DNA from: Macrostomum lignano
Taxonomy: Eukaryota
Direction of reading: 5' to 3'
Assembly (NCBI GenBank): GCA_002269645.1
Contig: NIVC01000211.1
Location: 558,001-622,000 of the forward strand
Length of the DNA stretch: 64,000 nucleotides
Position numbers and translations under genes: made by a program. Shown piece after piece: positions 22,182-35,823 of the stretch. Within the stretch, counting starts at the first letter, position 1. Every line of letters begins with the position of its first letter. The notes below the pieces were generated by a model. The model was not told the origin of the DNA. It saw only the letters and a program-made list of their open reading frames with translations, and did no database searches.

Positions 22182-24728
22182 TCACTCCAACGGCCCAACT
22201 ACGATACCCTCAGCGAATCTGAGTCCAGAGGCGCTGTGCTGAGCCCTGCTCAGCAGATCCTGAAGCTCCACACCCGAAGCAGCCACGCAGTTTTCTTCGT
22301 CATCTCCGCTCAATGGTCGAGTCGATTCGAGCTGTTTGAGAAGCTGCTGCTGGATCTGCTGTTCCAGCTGCTTCTGCCGTCTCTCCCTGGGTCGGTCGGT
22401 AATTTCGAGCTCCGCTTCCTGCGGCTGCGGCCCAGGCTGGCGCTGCTTCTCCTGGATGATGCACCTGACATGCACCAAGTCTTCCGAATCGCCCGAGACC
22501 GTGTCCTGAATTTCTACTCCACATGGGCAGCCGGTCATCACACTGACGCTGTTCGTCTCGATGATGGAGCTCAGCTTGACTTCCGACCCGGCTCCGGACG
22601 TGGCGCTGGCGGCACTGTCCAAGGCTGTCGGCATGTCGGGTTCATCCGCGTCCGAGAAGGCTCGAAACGAGATGAACAAAGAGCGAATTGTGTCGCCTTG
22701 ATCGGACAGGTCCGTACCGTTCGGCGGCTCTGTCGATGACAATACCAGAGAAGCATCAGCTGCGAGGCCGTCTCCGTCAAACTCTGTGGCCTCCGATGAC
22801 TTTGCCAACTCAATCGGAGTCAAAGCGGAAACCGCACCTTTGACTAAGTTGGTCTCAACCATCACGGAGGCTGTGGCTTCGCTGCAAGTCTCTGTTTCGC
22901 TGACCGCCTCGGCAACTGACTTGACCAGCTCCACCTCGGAGGCGGGCGCGGCGCCGCCATTTTTTTTCGACGAACACGACGAAGACGACGAAGTTTTCTC
23001 AGCCGAGGACACCGAGGCCAAGGACGACGAGGAAGAGGAGGTGTACAGCGACGAAGCGGACGAGACCTGTTCGAGTTTTTCCTCATCAACATCCATACTC
23101 TTACTCTCGAAGTCGCCGGAAGGCAGCGCAATGGAGAGATCCAAAGCGCCGTCGGAAATCCCGCCAGCAAATGTCAAACTTTCCAGAGTCAAGCTGACAC
23201 CCGCCGGAAGCTTTTGCTCCACTGACGACGGCGACTTCTTCAAAGGCTCTTCGAAAGCTTCAACGGTGACCTCCTCGGCAAGGTTGGAGTCGTCCACTGC
23301 ACCGCCAATCAGGCACTCCTGGCTGCTCACTGAACTCGACGACGTCGATGAAGACGCTTCGGCAGGCCGCGGGCTGCGGCCGGACTCAAACGGAGGAGGC
23401 TCCAACGCATCTAGTTGTTGTTTTCCGACCTCGGCGGCCACTTCTGTCACTTCGCATTCGGTGTTCGGCTGTTCCAAGTTTGTCACTTCAACAATGTTAA
23501 AGAAACGGTTGAGAAATCGCGGACTTGGGCTGCCTTCCGCGTTCACTTCCATCGGATCGGCAGCCTCTGCTTCTGTTTTTTCATCTTCTGCGTCAATAAG
23601 ATCGGTTGTGGATTCTTCAAGCTTCATATTTGGCTGGACAATTTCTTCCGTAGGAACAAGTGGCATCGCGTCGGAGTTGATCTCCTCAGCCTCCGTGACG
23701 GGCTCCACCGTGACTTCCGAGTTGAATTGCGGTTCATCAGGATTTGACTCGATTGGTGCCTGAACTGTCACTTCCGATTGGATATTTTCGATAGCGGCAT
23801 TAACTTCAGGGTCTTCTGCTACGGCGAGTGCGTCAACTTGATGCTCACGAACGACCATTGTTGAATCGGCGGCGTCTTCCACCAACTCGCTGGTGACTCC
23901 CTCGTCTACTGCAACCTCCGCCAGGCCTTCCATCATGCCGAGGAGTCGATCGGCCAACTTTCCTGCCGACTCCATGCCGCTGGCCAGCAGGGACTCCTCG
24001 CTGTCCTCAGCGTTGGTCACTTGAGCGTCCTGGGGCGGTGCCAAAATCACAACCGGATCGGCTCGACGGTCGGAGTCTTCTGGGACAACGACGGCGACAT
24101 TCGATCGGCTGGACGATCGGCAGCAGGCGCCAGTGGCGGCGCCGCTTGAAATTGCTGGCGTAGCGGCGCTGTGACTGTAGCGTCTGGGCAGCGGCGTCGG
24201 GAAAGCTGACAGGAGAGGCACCGGATACAGTGGCTGCTGTCGCTGCTGCTGCTGTAGCTGATCGAAAGCAAAATTTCCCGATTGCTGCCACTCGCTGTTC
24301 TGCTGATTCTGCGAAGCTATGTAGGGAGGCCGCACCAGCAGCTCCTTGATTCGGCGAGATGGCAGCAGCGGCGGAGGCGCCTTTGGCGGAGGTTGCTCGC
24401 CAGTTCGACGCGGCGGCAGCGGAGGTGGCGCCTGCAGTGGCGGCGGCGGAGAGGCGTCGGGCGAGGAGCAGTCGGAGATGCTGGTCGACTGGTTAGCGGT
24501 GGCTGCTGCCGTGCCGCCTGTGGGAGGTTTTGATTGATGACGATTCTATCAGCTGTTTAAGTGCTTCCTGAGGATTTTTTAAATCTGCGTGTGAAACGTT
24601 ATGTATTTAACCGCAGCTACAACGGCTTAAAAGTCTATTCCATAGGCTAAAAACCTATAAAATGTGCTAAATGTATTCGTTAATCAACTAACCAATCAAT
24701 CAATCAATAAATCAATCAACTAATCAAC

Positions 24729-24763
<35 letters not shown>

Positions 24764-24832
24764 CCAATCAATCAATCAACCGATCAACTAATCAACCAAT
24801 CAACCAATCAATCAATCAACCAAGCAACCAAT

Positions 24833-24879
<47 letters not shown>

Positions 24880-24933
24880 CCAATCAAATCAATCAACCAA
24901 TCAACCAATCAATCAATCAATCAATTAATCAAC

Positions 24934-24993
<60 letters not shown>

Positions 24994-25002
24994 TCAATCA
25001 AC

Positions 25003-25056
<54 letters not shown>

Positions 25057-25070
25057 GTCAATCAATCAAC

Positions 25071-25105
<35 letters not shown>

Positions 25106-25178
25106 CCAATCAATCAATCAACCGATCAACTAATCAACCAATCAACCAATCAATCAATCAACCAAGCAACCATTCAAA

Positions 25179-25216
<38 letters not shown>

Positions 25217-25224
25217 GTCAACGT

Positions 25225-25270
<46 letters not shown>

Positions 25271-25287
25271 CAATAATTTAATTAATT

Positions 25288-25322
<35 letters not shown>

Positions 25323-25331
25323 TCAATCAAC

Positions 25332-25398
<67 letters not shown>

Positions 25399-25399
25399 C

Positions 25400-25466
<67 letters not shown>

Positions 25467-25479
25467 CCAATCAACCAAT

Positions 25480-25522
<43 letters not shown>

Positions 25523-25523
25523 C

Positions 25524-25563
<40 letters not shown>

Positions 25564-25572
25564 TCAATCAAC

Positions 25573-25647
<75 letters not shown>

Positions 25648-27680
25648 CCAATCAACCAATCAATCAATCAACCAATCAACCAATCAATCAATCAATCAAC
25701 AAACTAACCAACCGATCAACCAATCAATCAACCAATCAATCAATCAGTCAACAAACTAACCAACCAATCAACCAATCAATCAACCATTCAGAAGGCAATC
25801 ATTCAAATGTATACAAATGTAGCTCGTAATAGCCCAGAGTTGAGTAACTAAAAACCCCAGAAGAAATATTGAATCAATCCACTGATTATCGGCCAGAGGC
25901 AATCCAATATTTATCTGCCATTTCCAAGCTCAACTCACCCTCGGCTCCGGCGGCCCGTGCGTCCCCCTCAGCCCCGGGCCGCTTCCGTCTGACGGACGGA
26001 AATCGCCGGAAAAACGACAGCGCAGCAGCCGCCGGCCCCGAGGAGTCCGTTTTGCTTTTTTTAGTCTTCTTCTCCTTGGCCTTCTGGCCATCGCTGCTTC
26101 CGCTGGCCTTGTCTACTGACCGTTCGCTTCCGTGGCCCTCATACGGGCGCTCCCGCCTCTGCCGCCAAGCGATGCTCGTGCAGCCAGTCGACACCAAGTC
26201 GTCGTCTTCAACGGCTTCCGTTGTTGTCGCTAAACTGGTCTCCACGGCAACGAGTTCTTCGTCGCCGGACGGCGCGAAGCTGTGTTGCTGATGCTGATGC
26301 TGAAGTTCCTCATTTTCTCCAGCAGAGATACTGGCCATCGCAGTTGTTGAGACGTCATTGTTCGAACAGCTGTTCGCCGAAGTTGACTCAAGATTTTGAT
26401 GGTGCTGCTGCTGCGGAGGCTGCTGCCTTCTAGGACGACGAATTGAACCGCCCAGACGCGACAGAGATCGGCGAAGTGAGGCGAGGCGCTTCCGTTGCTG
26501 CGGCTGCTGCACCTTGGAGGCCGCGGCGTCAGCGCTGGATTTGGACTGAGTCGGCGAGGTTGAACGGCGAGAGGCTGCTGCTGCTGAAGAACGCGCGTCA
26601 GCCTTGATTGGGAGAATGGGAACGATTGGTGGGTAAAGAAGTTTTTCAAAAATTACGCGGACCAGCCACTTGTCTAAAATTTAAGTAGTTCGATAGCAGT
26701 GTCACCTGTGTTAGATAGCAGTGTCGCCTGTTAGACAGAAGTGTCACCTGTGTTAGGTGTTAGACAGCAGTGTCACCTGTTAGACAGAAGTGTCACCTGT
26801 GTTAGGTGTTAGACAGCAGTGTCACCTGTTAGACAGAAGTGTCACCTGTGTGTTAGACAGCGGTGTCACCTGTGTTAGACAGCAGTGTCACCTGTGTGTT
26901 AGACAGCAGTGTCACCTGTGTGTTAGATAGCAGTGTCACCTGTGTGTTAGACAGCAGTGTCACCTGTGTGTTAGACAGCAGTGTCACCTGTGTGTTAGAC
27001 AGCAGTGTCACCTGTGTGTTAGACAGCAGTGTCACCTGTGTGTTAGACAGCAGTGTCACCTGTGTGTTAGACAGCAGTGTCACCTGTGTGTTAGACAGCA
27101 GTGTCACCTGTGTGTTAGACAGCAGTGTCACCTGTGTGTTAGACAGCAGTGTCACCTGTGTGTTAGACAGCAGTGTCACCTGTGTGTTAGATAGCAGTGT
27201 CTCCTGTGTGTTAGACAGCAGTGTCACCTGTGTGTTAGACAGCAGTGTCACCTGTGTGTTAGATAGCAGTGTCACCTGTGTGTTAGACAGCAGTGTCACC
27301 TGTGTGTTAGACAGCAGTGTCACCTGTGTGTTAGATAGCAGTGTCACCTGTGTGTTAGACAGCAGTGTCACCTGTGTGTTAGACAGGAGTGTCACCTGTT
27401 TGTTAGACAGCAGTGTCACCTGTGTGTTAGACAGGAGTATCACCTGTTTGTTAGAAAGCAGTGTCATCCGCTCGGCAAGAGATTTCGTAAATCAGATGGT
27501 CACAGTTTTACACCTTTAGTACATGGTTAGGTGAGGCAAATATTACGGCAATAAAACGCAGAAAATTACCAGATTTGAAGTGGACTTCTGCTTCACCTGC
27601 TTCGGCTGCTCCTGCGGTCTTTCTCTGCTTCGGCCGTTGCGGCCGCGATTTCCGCGGAAAAATTTCATCAACGATGGCAT
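22182..27680 (-). CDS. Uncharacterised, largely disordered Ser/Glu/Pro/Gln-rich protein, 3 exons, ~1036 aa
   Basis: Exons (minus): 27570-27680 (MPSLMKFFRG...STSNL|gtaatt), 25939-26602 (|gtgagt), 22182-24517 (acceptor ccacag). Phases 0 and 1 join correctly (3111 nt). The ~2.3 kb GC-rich open final exon is not a tandem repeat. No folded domain recognised. Confidence 0.72.
24680..25790. repeat. (AATC)n/(AACC) microsatellite, ~1.1 kb
   Basis: Direct inspection. Confidence 0.97.
26695..27465. repeat. 24-bp minisatellite in intron 1 of the uncharacterised gene
   Basis: Unit tgtcacctgtgtgttagacagcag; highly homogeneous at 26860-27465, with shorter variants at the left edge. Confidence 0.96.
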
Positions 27681-27885
27681 CCTTTGTCTGCTGCGATTCT
27701 TGAGAAAGAGCCACGAAACTGACTGCTTTCAAGTGCAAATTATTTCTTAATGAAATGAAATGAAATGGAACACACTGTGTCAAATCAATCAATTCAGTTA
27801 TTCCGTTCTCAATGAGCTTTCCGCTCAAAAACTTCTGCGTGCCATAGACTAAAATATTTGTACTTTTTACTTACGCGTCACAAAA

Positions 27886-28248
27886 GGGGCCGTAGCCCAG
27901 TGGTCTGGCGCGGCGCTCTGGTGTGCCAGCGGCCCAGGCTCGATTCCCAGTGCAGACACATTAATTTGGGGCTAAATTGGAATCTCGGCTTGGCTCCTCT
28001 CGTGAAATTAACAACGCGCTCTTGATGGTGTACATGCATAACGATAAATAAAGTTAGGGCCGCTGTACACTCCTGTGTGAGTGTGTGCCTGCGCGTATGA
28101 CTGCGTACGTATCCGCGCGCTTGTGTGCCTGCTCAGGGGAGTCGGCGGAATGGGCAGCAATGCCTCTCGCCGGTTGTGTGACAATGTCGCTTAGAGTCCG
28201 CCAGGTTGTACACTGCCCCTGCCTCTAAAAAATAGTAAAACAAAAAAA
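27886..28248 (+). mobile_element. SINE family A, copy 2 (full length, tRNA-derived head)
   Basis: Starts ggggccgtagcccagtggt (Pol III A-box-like), then ggctcgattccc (B-box-like), a conserved body shared with two other copies, and an A-rich 3' end. Confidence 0.88.
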
Positions 28249-28814
28249 TGCCTTACTACTCTACTTACGATCGTAGTTAGTAGGCAGTAAAGCAAATTCA
28301 GCTGTGATAGAAATATGCTTTTTCAATTCAAGTTAATTCATTTTTAAAATTAATCGTTTGAAGTGCCAATTAGATTGAAACGATTTGCGCCCCTCGAATT
28401 AGGAATTAAAATACCGAGTTAATATACGCTCGTACTACTTAAACTGGCTGCTTTGGCAACCACTTAAGCAAAACACCATCATCATAAAAATTAAAAACGT
28501 GCCAGATTCTCTTTTCCTAATTCATATTCTCCTTTCTCATTTTCCACTAAAATTGAAACAAAGAAAATTTTCACACGTCTAAAAGGCAGCAGATGATTAA
28601 CTGACTCGGAGAGCACAATTTTTTGATACAATTTTTGCTGAGAAAGAGCGTCACTGATTACTATTTGCTAGAATATTATATACTACTTTACTAATACAAA
28701 ATAGTAATTTTCCTACAAAAAAGAAAACAATTGCACATTTACTTCTTTAGAGTGATTTTCGCCTTTTAAAAATATTAAAATTAAAACACCCTTAAAATTG
28801 TAAGAATGTAACTT

Positions 28815-29560
28815 GGCGCCAAAGTGGCGCTATAGGAAATGGCGCTATGGAAACTGGCGCTATGGAAACTGGCGCTATGGAAAGTGGCGCTATGGAAGGT
28901 GGCGCTATGGAAGGTGGCACTATGGAAATTGGCACTATGGAAATTGGCGCTATGGAAATTAGCGTCAAAGTGGCGCTATAGAAAATGGCGCTATGGAAGG
29001 TGGCGCTATGGAAAGTGGCGCTATGGAAAGTGACGCTATGGAAAGTGGCGCTATGGAAAGTGGCGCTATGGAAAGTGGCGCTATGGAAACTGGCGCTATG
29101 GAAAGTGACGCAATGGAAAGTGGCGCTATGGAAAGTGGCGCTATGGAAAGTGGCGCTATGGAAAGTGGCGCTATGGAAAGTGGCGCTATGGAAAGTGGCG
29201 CTATGGAAAGTGGCGCTATGGAAAGTGGCGCTATGGAAGGTGGCGCTATGGAAAGTGACGCAATGGAAAGTGGCGCTATGGAAGGTGGCGCCATGGAAAG
29301 TGGCGCTATGGAAGGTGGCGCTATGGAAAGTGGCGCAATGGAAACTGGCGCTATGGAAAGTGGCGCTATGGAAGGTGGCGCTATGGAAGGTGACGCTATG
29401 GAAAGTGGCGCTATGGAAGGTGGCACTATGGAAATTGGCGCTATGGAAATTAGCGTCAAAGTGGCGCTATAGGAAATGGCGCTATGGAAGGTGGCGCTAT
29501 GGAAGGTGGCGCTATGGAAGGTGGCGCTAGGGAACTTGGCGCCATATAGAAAGTGGCGCG
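28815..29560. repeat. 15-bp minisatellite
   Basis: Unit ggcgctatggaaagt; the edge block aattagcgtcaaagtggcgctata occurs at ~28960 and ~29450. Confidence 0.95.
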
Positions 29561-30370
29561 TTCAACAAAAACCCAGCTCCATAAAAGGGCGTCTTATTGG
29601 TTCGAGAAGGTGTTCACGCGTGCGCATGTGCACAATATCTATTTATTATTTACTCAAGTTTACTATACTTAATTCATTATAGGTGAGAAAATTACACACA
29701 CAATCTGTGCAAGGCCTAATAATCTTCAAGGTGCTCTATAGCAATTATAGGTATTTACCCCCACCCCTTCCCTGATCGTTTAGATTTTTATACTATATAT
29801 TAGATAAGATAGAGTGCCCTATCTGTTAATTCGTTTATGTTTGTCCATTAATTTGTGAGTTTTCTGAGTCGCAACCCTTCCCAAAGCTGGACTCCCGCAG
29901 GGCGCCTCGCGTGCTCCAAATCTAGCTGGCTAACTAATAGGTGTTAAAACCGCCATCCTCTTTAGAGCTTTAGAGCCGGGCATTCACGCTTTATATCTGA
30001 TGCTTTATCTGACTCGCCCGCATTTGTTTAAACTTTTGCGTCTCCCTCCAGACACTTTAATTGACAATATATTTTATATATATAAAACTTTTCGATACAA
30101 TGGTCAGCTATAAGGCAAGGGTATAGCCAACCCTCTGAACAATGGGATGATGGCCCAAGCCCATAAAATCTCTTGATTTACAATTCAACCTGACGTTGTG
30201 AATTCGTAGGCTAAATCGTGTATATTCGAATATTGTTGTGACTTTTCGAGCGTATTATTAGATAAAGAGCTCATATATAGTGGGGATGGATGTTAAAGTT
30301 TGTATTGATTGCATCACGGGGGGATACTGCCAGGGCATACTGGTTTGTCTCACCTTGACACAAGCGCTTT

Positions 30371-30686
30371 TATTTAATGTTGGGGCGTTGTGGCGCCCTT
30401 TTAAAGTTTGCTGATTGTGTTGAGAGGCATTACTGCCCATTCCGCCGACTCCCCTGAGCAGGCACACAAGCGTGCGGATACGTACGCAGTCATACGCACA
30501 GGCACACACTCACACATGACTCAAGGCATGTACACTTCACTGTGCCTTGGGGGTTGGCTTTTAATTGCACGAGCAGAGCCAAGCCGAGATTCCAATTCAG
30601 CCCCAAATTAATGTGACTGCACTTGGAATCGAGCCTGGGCCGCTGGCACATCAGGGCGCCGCGCTGGACCACTCAAAGGGACCCCC
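30371..30686 (-). mobile_element. SINE family A, copy 3 (diverged, internal deletion)
   Basis: Reverse complement reads gggggtccctttgagtggtccagcgcggcgccctgatgtgccagcggcccaggctcgattccaagtgcagtcacattaatttggggctgaattggaatctcgg..., collinear with copy 2. Confidence 0.85.
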
Positions 30687-31174
30687 GCGGTCTGGTAATT
30701 TGTAGCGCAATTCGAAGATGTTTTGTGGTGATGTGCAATTACAGCTGGGAGTCAATCAGACAGAGATTTCAAGCCATTAAAATGCGATGTCATTGGAGTT
30801 CCAGTCCAAGTGTAGCAAAACACCAATAGCAGTCCTTGTTCGGCAGAAAAACAATTAATAAAACACGGCGGCGCGCATATTTGGTCCGCACCGGATGCAG
30901 GCAATCAATATCGAGTCTTTAGCCGGCAATTTACAGTCTGGTTATAAATAAATGAGCCATTTTTATTCCCGCAATTATGATATGCTGAACTCGCAATAAA
31001 ATTAAGAACCCAGGTAAAACGTTTAAGCCATTTAAGTAAATATAGATACGTCACGCTTTGTTACTTCGCTGTAAATATGATATTTTTTGTACTACAGCTT
31101 CAAAAGATTTTTTCGACTTGTTCAGGGACTGCTTATACATACCATGGAATAGAGAAAAGAATAGGTTTTTTATA

Positions 31175-31462
<288 letters not shown>

Positions 31463-32097
31463 GGAGCCTTTCTATTTCCAATCTCGCTCCCCAGTCCAGA
31501 GCGGTGCTGCCGGGGTCCCTGCCTGTGCCGTTCCAATGCCACAAGAAGTCACAAGTGACAGATAAATAGCACTGAACTTCCGCTCCAGCCACCGGCCTGA
31601 TTTGCATCACAATCGAAGTTGCTCTGGGAGCGACTCCAAGTGTCGCGGAGCGGCGTTTTAAAAGAATCAACGGAAATCAAAAGCGCAGCAAGAAAGGAAA
31701 CGGAGAAGCCGAGTTTTGCGACAGGGTCCTGTAGAGGGTGGAGGCAAGCAGGGTTGGACTCGACCCCAAGAGGAGCACGTGGCCTTTTTATAATTTATTT
31801 TTCTGTATCGGTCATTCCTTCGAATTCGGTGTAAAAACCTTAACCTCATCTGTGTCGGATCACATAAGTTATACGAATTCAGGCTCTACCAGTATGTGTG
31901 ATATGCTTGATTGAGCTCGCTCAGAACTGGCGTCATGTATGAGATTGAACAACAAATTCCTTGGCCTGGGGGTCAACGCTCAGTCCAGTTGACTGACCAA
32001 TCTTAATTGAAATCTGTTAGAATTTCTTGTGGCATGCGTTATAATTAGACTTTTGAAAACTTATAAATACAAGTCTTGATTTGACTAGAACTTTTTT

Positions 32098-33800
32098 CCT
32101 GTGTCAGATATCTTCTGTGTCAGATGTCTTCGGTGTCAGATGTTTTCTGTGTCAGATATCTTCTGTGTCAGATATCATCTGTGTCAGATGTCTTCTGTGT
32201 CAGATATCTTCTGTGTCAGTTATCTTCTGTGTCAGATATCTTCTGTGTCAGATGTCTTCTGTGTCAGATATCTTCTGTGTCAGTTATCTTCTGTGTCAGA
32301 TATCTTCTGTGTCAGATGTCTTCTGTGTCAGATATCTTCTGTGTCAGTTATCTTCTGTGTCAGATATCTTCTGTGTCAGATGTCTGCTGTGTCAGATATC
32401 TTCTGTGTCAGATGTCTTCTGTGTCAGATGTCTTCTGTGAGAAATATCTTCTGTGTCAGATGTCTTCGGCGTCCAGATATCTTCTGTGTCAGATATCTTC
32501 TGTGTCAGATGTCTTCTGTGTCAGATGTCTTCTGTGTCAGATATCTTCTGTGTCAGATATCTTCTGTGTCAGACATCTTCTGTGTCAGATGTCTTCTGTG
32601 TCAGATGTCTTCTGTGTCAGATATCTTCTGTGTCAGATATCTTCGGTGTCAGATGTCTTCTGTGTCAGATGTCTTCTGTGTCAGTTATCTTCTGTGTCAG
32701 ATATCTTCTGTGTCAGATGTCTTCTGTGTCAGATGTCTTCTGTGAGAAATATCTTCTGTGTCAGATGTCTTCGGCGTCCAGATATCTTCTGTGTCAGATA
32801 TCTTCTGTGTCAGATATCTTCTGTGTCAGATGTCTTCTGTGTCAGATATCTTCTGTGTCAGATATCTTCTGTGTCAGACATCTTCTGTGTCAGATGTCTT
32901 CTATGTCAGATATCTTCTGTGTCAGATATCTTCGGTGTCAGATGTCTTCTGTGTCAGATGTCTTCTGTGTCAGTTATCTTCTGTGTCAGATATCTTCTGT
33001 GTCAGATATCTTCAGTGTCAGATGTCTTCTGTGTCAGACATCTTCTGTGTCAGACATCTTCTGTGTCAGATGTCTTCGGCGTCCAGATATCTTCTGTGTC
33101 AGATATCTTCTGTGTCAGATGTCTTTTGTGTCAGATATCTTCTGTGTCAGATATCTTCGGTGTCAGATGTCTTCTGTGTGAGATATCTTCTGTGTCAGAT
33201 GTCTTCTGTGTCAGATGTCTTTTGTGTCAGTTATCTTCTGTGTCAGATATCTTCTGTGTCAGATGTCTTCTGTGTCAGATATCTTCTGTGTCAGATGTCT
33301 TCTGTGTCAGATATCTTCTGTGTCAGATATCTTCTGTGTCAGACATCTTCTGTGTCAGATATCTTCTGTGTCAGATGTATTCTGTGTCAGATGTCTTCTG
33401 TGTCAGATATCTTCTGTGTCAGATATCTTCTGCGTCAGACATCTTCTGTGTCAGATGTCTTCTGTGTCAGATATCTTCTGTGTCAGATATCTTCGGTGTC
33501 AGACATCTTCTGTGTCAGATGCCTTCTGTGTCAGATGTCTTCGGCGTCCAGATATCTTCTGTGTCAGATATCTTCTGTGTCAGATGTCTTCTGTGTCAGA
33601 TATCTTCTGTGTCAGATATCTTCTGTGTCAGATATCTTCTGCGTCAGACATCTTCTGTGTCAGATGTCTTCTGTGTCAGATATCTTCTGTGTCAGATATC
33701 TTCGGTGTCAGACATCTTCTGTGTCAGATGTCTTCTGTGTCAGATGTCTTCTGTGTCAGATATCTTCTGTGGCAGATATCTCCTGTACCAGATGTTCTTC
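32098..33800 (+). repeat. 16-bp satellite, left arm
   Basis: Unit tctgtgtcagat(a/g)tct, ~105 copies. Confidence 0.97.
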
Positions 33801-34079
33801 TGTCAAACAGTCGTTAACAAACAATTTTCACCATCTAAGTGATCTTCTACAAAACACACCTGGCGAAAAGATTTAAACAAAAATATTCTACAATGCAAAA
33901 GCGTTTGTGTTGCTGGGCCAAAGGACAAGTCAGCCAACCTTGGACTCAAAATTTATTTGGGACACCATCAGATGAAAAAAGCAGATTATAAATGATCAAT
34001 TCTTAAGTCACAGTAATGTGGCTGACTGTTGTAAATAAAAAATAAATGTTTTTCTAATCCTAACCTATGTTACTCTTAG

Positions 34080-34093
34080 GTCACCATGGTAAC
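34080..34093 (+). promoter_or_regulatory. RFX X-box motif upstream of Irx
   Basis: GTCACCATGGTAAC fits GTNRCC-N(0-3)-RGYAAC; a palindromic CRE (TGACGTCA) lies at 34186-34193. Confidence 0.45.
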
Positions 34094-34639
34094 TTTGAGC
34101 GCGCTGTTTTCTTAACCTTCTACCTCCTAATATTTTATATTCATTCAGAAGTTGCTAGCTAGCATGTTCATACCCCTGCCCGTTATGACGTCATGTTTGA
34201 TATGAAACTGTGTCGCACATAGCATACACAACACCCCAGGCCCCCATGTATAACCATTGCAAAGTAAGCGTTATTTTTATGATTGCCCAAGCTCTAACGA
34301 ATTTGATTTATTACTTTGAAAAAGTATGAAATCAGTTATGGTTTTAGAATTGAGGCCTGCATTTTGTCAGTCAGTTAATTGTGGTTTTACCTGTCTGTGT
34401 CAAGTCAAATATTATAAAGCCGCGCGTCAGGGGTTCGAGTCACGCTTCGCTCAGTTGCAGTTCACGCCTTGTATATATTTACAAACACGCACACACAGCA
34501 CTTTGGCCTGGCCTTCGCCTTTCCAATGTTGGGTCACCTCTTTGTATAGACAAAGAAATTATTGCGCTGTTTGACAGGTCTTCAATGGAGAGGGGGGCTT
34601 TTATGCTATTTTACCTGATTAAAATGATAGTTTACAGCT

Positions 34640-35390
34640 TGTTTTGAGGGGAATTTCTCGTTTGTTTGGAGTGGAATTTCTCACTTGCTTTAAGGGGAAT
34701 CTCTCACTGGTTTTGAGGGGAATTTCTCACTTGTTTTGAGGGGAATATCAATGCTTGTATGCTTGTTTTAAGGGGACTTTCTCGTTTGTTTTGAGGAGAA
34801 TTTCTCAGTTGTTTTGAGGGGACTTTCTCGCTTGTTTTGAGGGAATTTCTCGCTTGTTTTGAGGGAATTTCTCGCTTGTTTTGAGGGGAATATCAATGCT
34901 TGTATGCTTGTTTTAAGGGGACTTTCTCGTTTGTTTTGAGGAGAATTTCTCAGTTGTTTTGAGGGGACTTTCTCGCTTGTTTTGAGGGAATTTCTCGCTT
35001 GTTTTGAGGGGACTTTTTTTGCTTATTTTGATAAGAATTTCAAGCTTGTTTTGAGGAGAGTTTCTCGGTTGTTTTGAGGGGAATTTCTCGATTGTTTTGG
35101 GGGAATTTCTCGCTTGTTTTGAGGGGACTTTCTCGCTTGTTTTGAAGGGACTTTCTCGCTTGTTTTGAGGGAATTTCTCGCTTGTTTTGAGGGAATTTCT
35201 CGCTTGTTTTGAGGGAATTTCTCGCTTGTTTTGAGGGGACTTTTTTGCTTATTTTGATAAGAATTTCAAGCTTGTTTTGAGGGGAGTTTCTCGGTTGTTT
35301 TGAGGGGAATTTCTCGATTGTTTTGAGGGGAATTTCTGGCTTGCTTTGACGGATCTTGGGGGAATGTCTCGTTTGTTTTGAGGGGAAGTT
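34640..35390. repeat. 23-24-bp minisatellite
   Basis: Unit gagg(g)gaatttctcgcttgtttt, with an internal block duplication. Confidence 0.9.
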
Positions 35391-35823
35391 CAGGTTCTAT
35401 AGAGAAAAAATCTCTACCTTGATGAAAAGACTTGTTGCTGCATGAACTGCCGCATCAATGGACAGGTAAAACAGAAAATCACCCCAGTTGGCTTGCAAAT
35501 GATTAATTTAATTGCTTTACCTATTTTTGAATGATACGCTTTATCTAATGCAGTTTTTAGTTCTGTGCAAGGATAAATTTCCTCATCAATCAGATAGTCA
35601 TGATGCCAGCCATGGATATCCCACTTTAATTGCACCCCAGTATAGAGCAGGGATGTCACATTTTTGTGGGAAATGGAAAATATTTCTTCCTCTTTGTATG
35701 GCGATAGCTGTTGGGTGATAGACAATTTGAAGGAATGTGCTTAGCGTCTCAAAGCTCTCCAAATAATGCAATCTCTGTCTTCTTGAGTTCTATATATACA
35801 AATGGGAGATTAGCCTTATTGGA

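Noticed and set aside
22236-23763. Plus-strand 167-aa and 325-aa ORFs
   Set aside because: Antisense shadows of the GC-rich minus-strand exon.
27886-27960. tRNA gene (also 60312-60385)
   Set aside because: A/B boxes are present, but there is no convincing cloverleaf or oligo-T terminator, and each continues into a SINE body.
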